Below, piece after piece: positions 55,708-64,000 of a DNA stretch of 64,000 nt (position 1 is its first letter; each line of letters starts with the position of its first letter). Under the pieces are notes generated by a model, which saw nothing but the letters and a program-made list of their open reading frames with translations, was not told the origin of the DNA and searched no databases. A program made the position numbers and the translations under genes. The stretch is from the NCBI GenBank assembly GCA_965203295.1, contig CBDBCZ010000017.1:1248001-1312000 (forward strand). The letters are read 5' to 3'. This stretch comes from Nitrospirales bacterium. Its GTDB lineage: Bacteria; Nitrospirota; Nitrospiria; Nitrospirales; UBA8639.

Positions 55708-56805
55708 GCTCTAGTGGTAGTCTCGCGTGGCCAGACTCTCGAGGGGCGGGGTACCCCAGACTACTTTACAGTGGCTTGCTGATCGTACTACATATCTATG
55801 ATTATACGATATTATCGGTCGTTACTAAAACCCGGGACGGGACGGGGGCGGTACGGGACAGCGACGGGCTATCCCGACCACGTGATACAAATGCCACACC
55901 CCGCTAGTACTAACTGAAGTAACAGACTAGAGTCCGAGTGGATATTACAGGAGAAAAGGAAGGTATACATATACTACTCATAACGCTAAGTTTGTCCACA
56001 GAGCTTTATACGGCTCCTGTCTGCGAATGAAAGTGGAGTTTCACTAGTCTAGCTAGCTATCCCCAACTTATACCCACCTTGTCCTTGGGATCCCAAGATG
56101 GGTAGAAGTTGGGGATAGCTAGCTAGCTAGACTAGGGTTTCACCATAGCTGGTGGAGTATACAGTATAAACTTACTTTCTATAGCCTCGTTCCCAGGCTC
56201 CATTCCCTAGCTTTTTGTATAAGCTGGGGAGTGGAGCCTGGAAATGAGGCTATATATGCTATCTATGGGTTTTATCAAAGATTATCTAAGTACTGGTTTA
56301 ACACAGTACCTACATGATTAGACAGTACGTGAACAATGCCAATTAAGTAATGAGTAAACAAAAGTTTAGGCTGAGAAAACTCCCTTACTCTTCACTCAAA
56401 GGGGTACATGTAGTAACATACAGCCTATAGAGAAATTTATGAACGGGATCAAGAAGTTTGATCAGTGAAAATAATATTTGATCATCGATTTAAAACTCTT
56501 TTGATGGCTTATTTTCGGGCGTTCTGTAGCTTCGCCTCCTTAGATACCGAGAAAGGTCGTTGATCTTAATTGCTCAGAGTTTGTCCTGATCTTTTGATCG
56601 TCTCCTAAAACCGCATGTACATGTACATGTACCTTGATCGCTTGATTCCATTTTGATCACATGCAATTGTTTCTATCAGATTAAACATTGGGCTATATGT
56701 CCATTTATAACCCCCTCTGGACACCAAAGAGTTACAGTGTAGTACTTCTCTCTCTCTCTCTCTCTCTCTGTAGAGTGGTAGTCTACCTTGTGAGTCCTGC
56801 ACAAT

Positions 56806-63657
<6,852 letters not shown>

Positions 63658-64000
63658 GTGAGTGAGAGTCTAGGGGTGAGTCGATTATGCCAGCATTAAA
63701 ATGAGCATGGTACATGTAGGTATGCAAAAGCATTGAGCATAATGGGTAAATTCCTTGGGGAAATTACGTCATTTAAAGAGTAGCGGAAACTCAGCAAGCT
63801 ACCAATGTCTCTGTAGAGGAGTGATCCAATAGCAGTGAATATACTAGAAATTATGAAAGTATGCACCACCCACGCATACTTGAAGTTGTAAAACAACCCT
63901 GATGGTTGGTTTTTGCTGTGAGGGTCACCAATTATTAATTGGTGACCCTCACAGCGAAAACCAATTAAACTTACGATTACAAAGTCACTGTGTGCAATTA

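Overview
Animal (eukaryotic) genomic DNA, probably a demosponge or similar marine invertebrate. The taxon is inferred from GT-AG introns, TTAGGG-type repeats, TACATGTA-rich introns and the transposable element (TE) repertoire. Host genes: two tandem copies of a 10-exon FAD-linked lactone oxidase-like gene (GULO/ALO family). Each copy is followed on the opposite strand by an intronless TULIP/Grp7-allergen-like gene, intact in copy B and destroyed by transposons in copy A. Further right lie MRPS35 (-) head-to-head with a TBC1D15/17-like Rab-GAP (+), an intronless SRPBCC gene (-) and the first five coding exons of TSG101 (+). Mobile elements: a degenerate long-TIR DDE transposon, truncated CRE-like and CR1/L2-like LINEs, an intact RTE LINE, tRNA-derived SINEs and many MITEs. 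Highlights: (1) a complete HDV-like self-cleaving ribozyme fold at the 5' end of the RTE LINE, which sits sense-oriented inside a (GT)n tract in TSG101 intron 2; (2) an array in TSG101 intron 4 in which the exon-4/splice-donor junction is re-copied four times, separated by (CCCTAA)n; (3) divergence between the oxidase paralogs concentrated in the last exons; (4) minisatellites built from Academ-like TIR ends. All exon coordinates were read by eye, and family names rest on motif recognition, not database searches.
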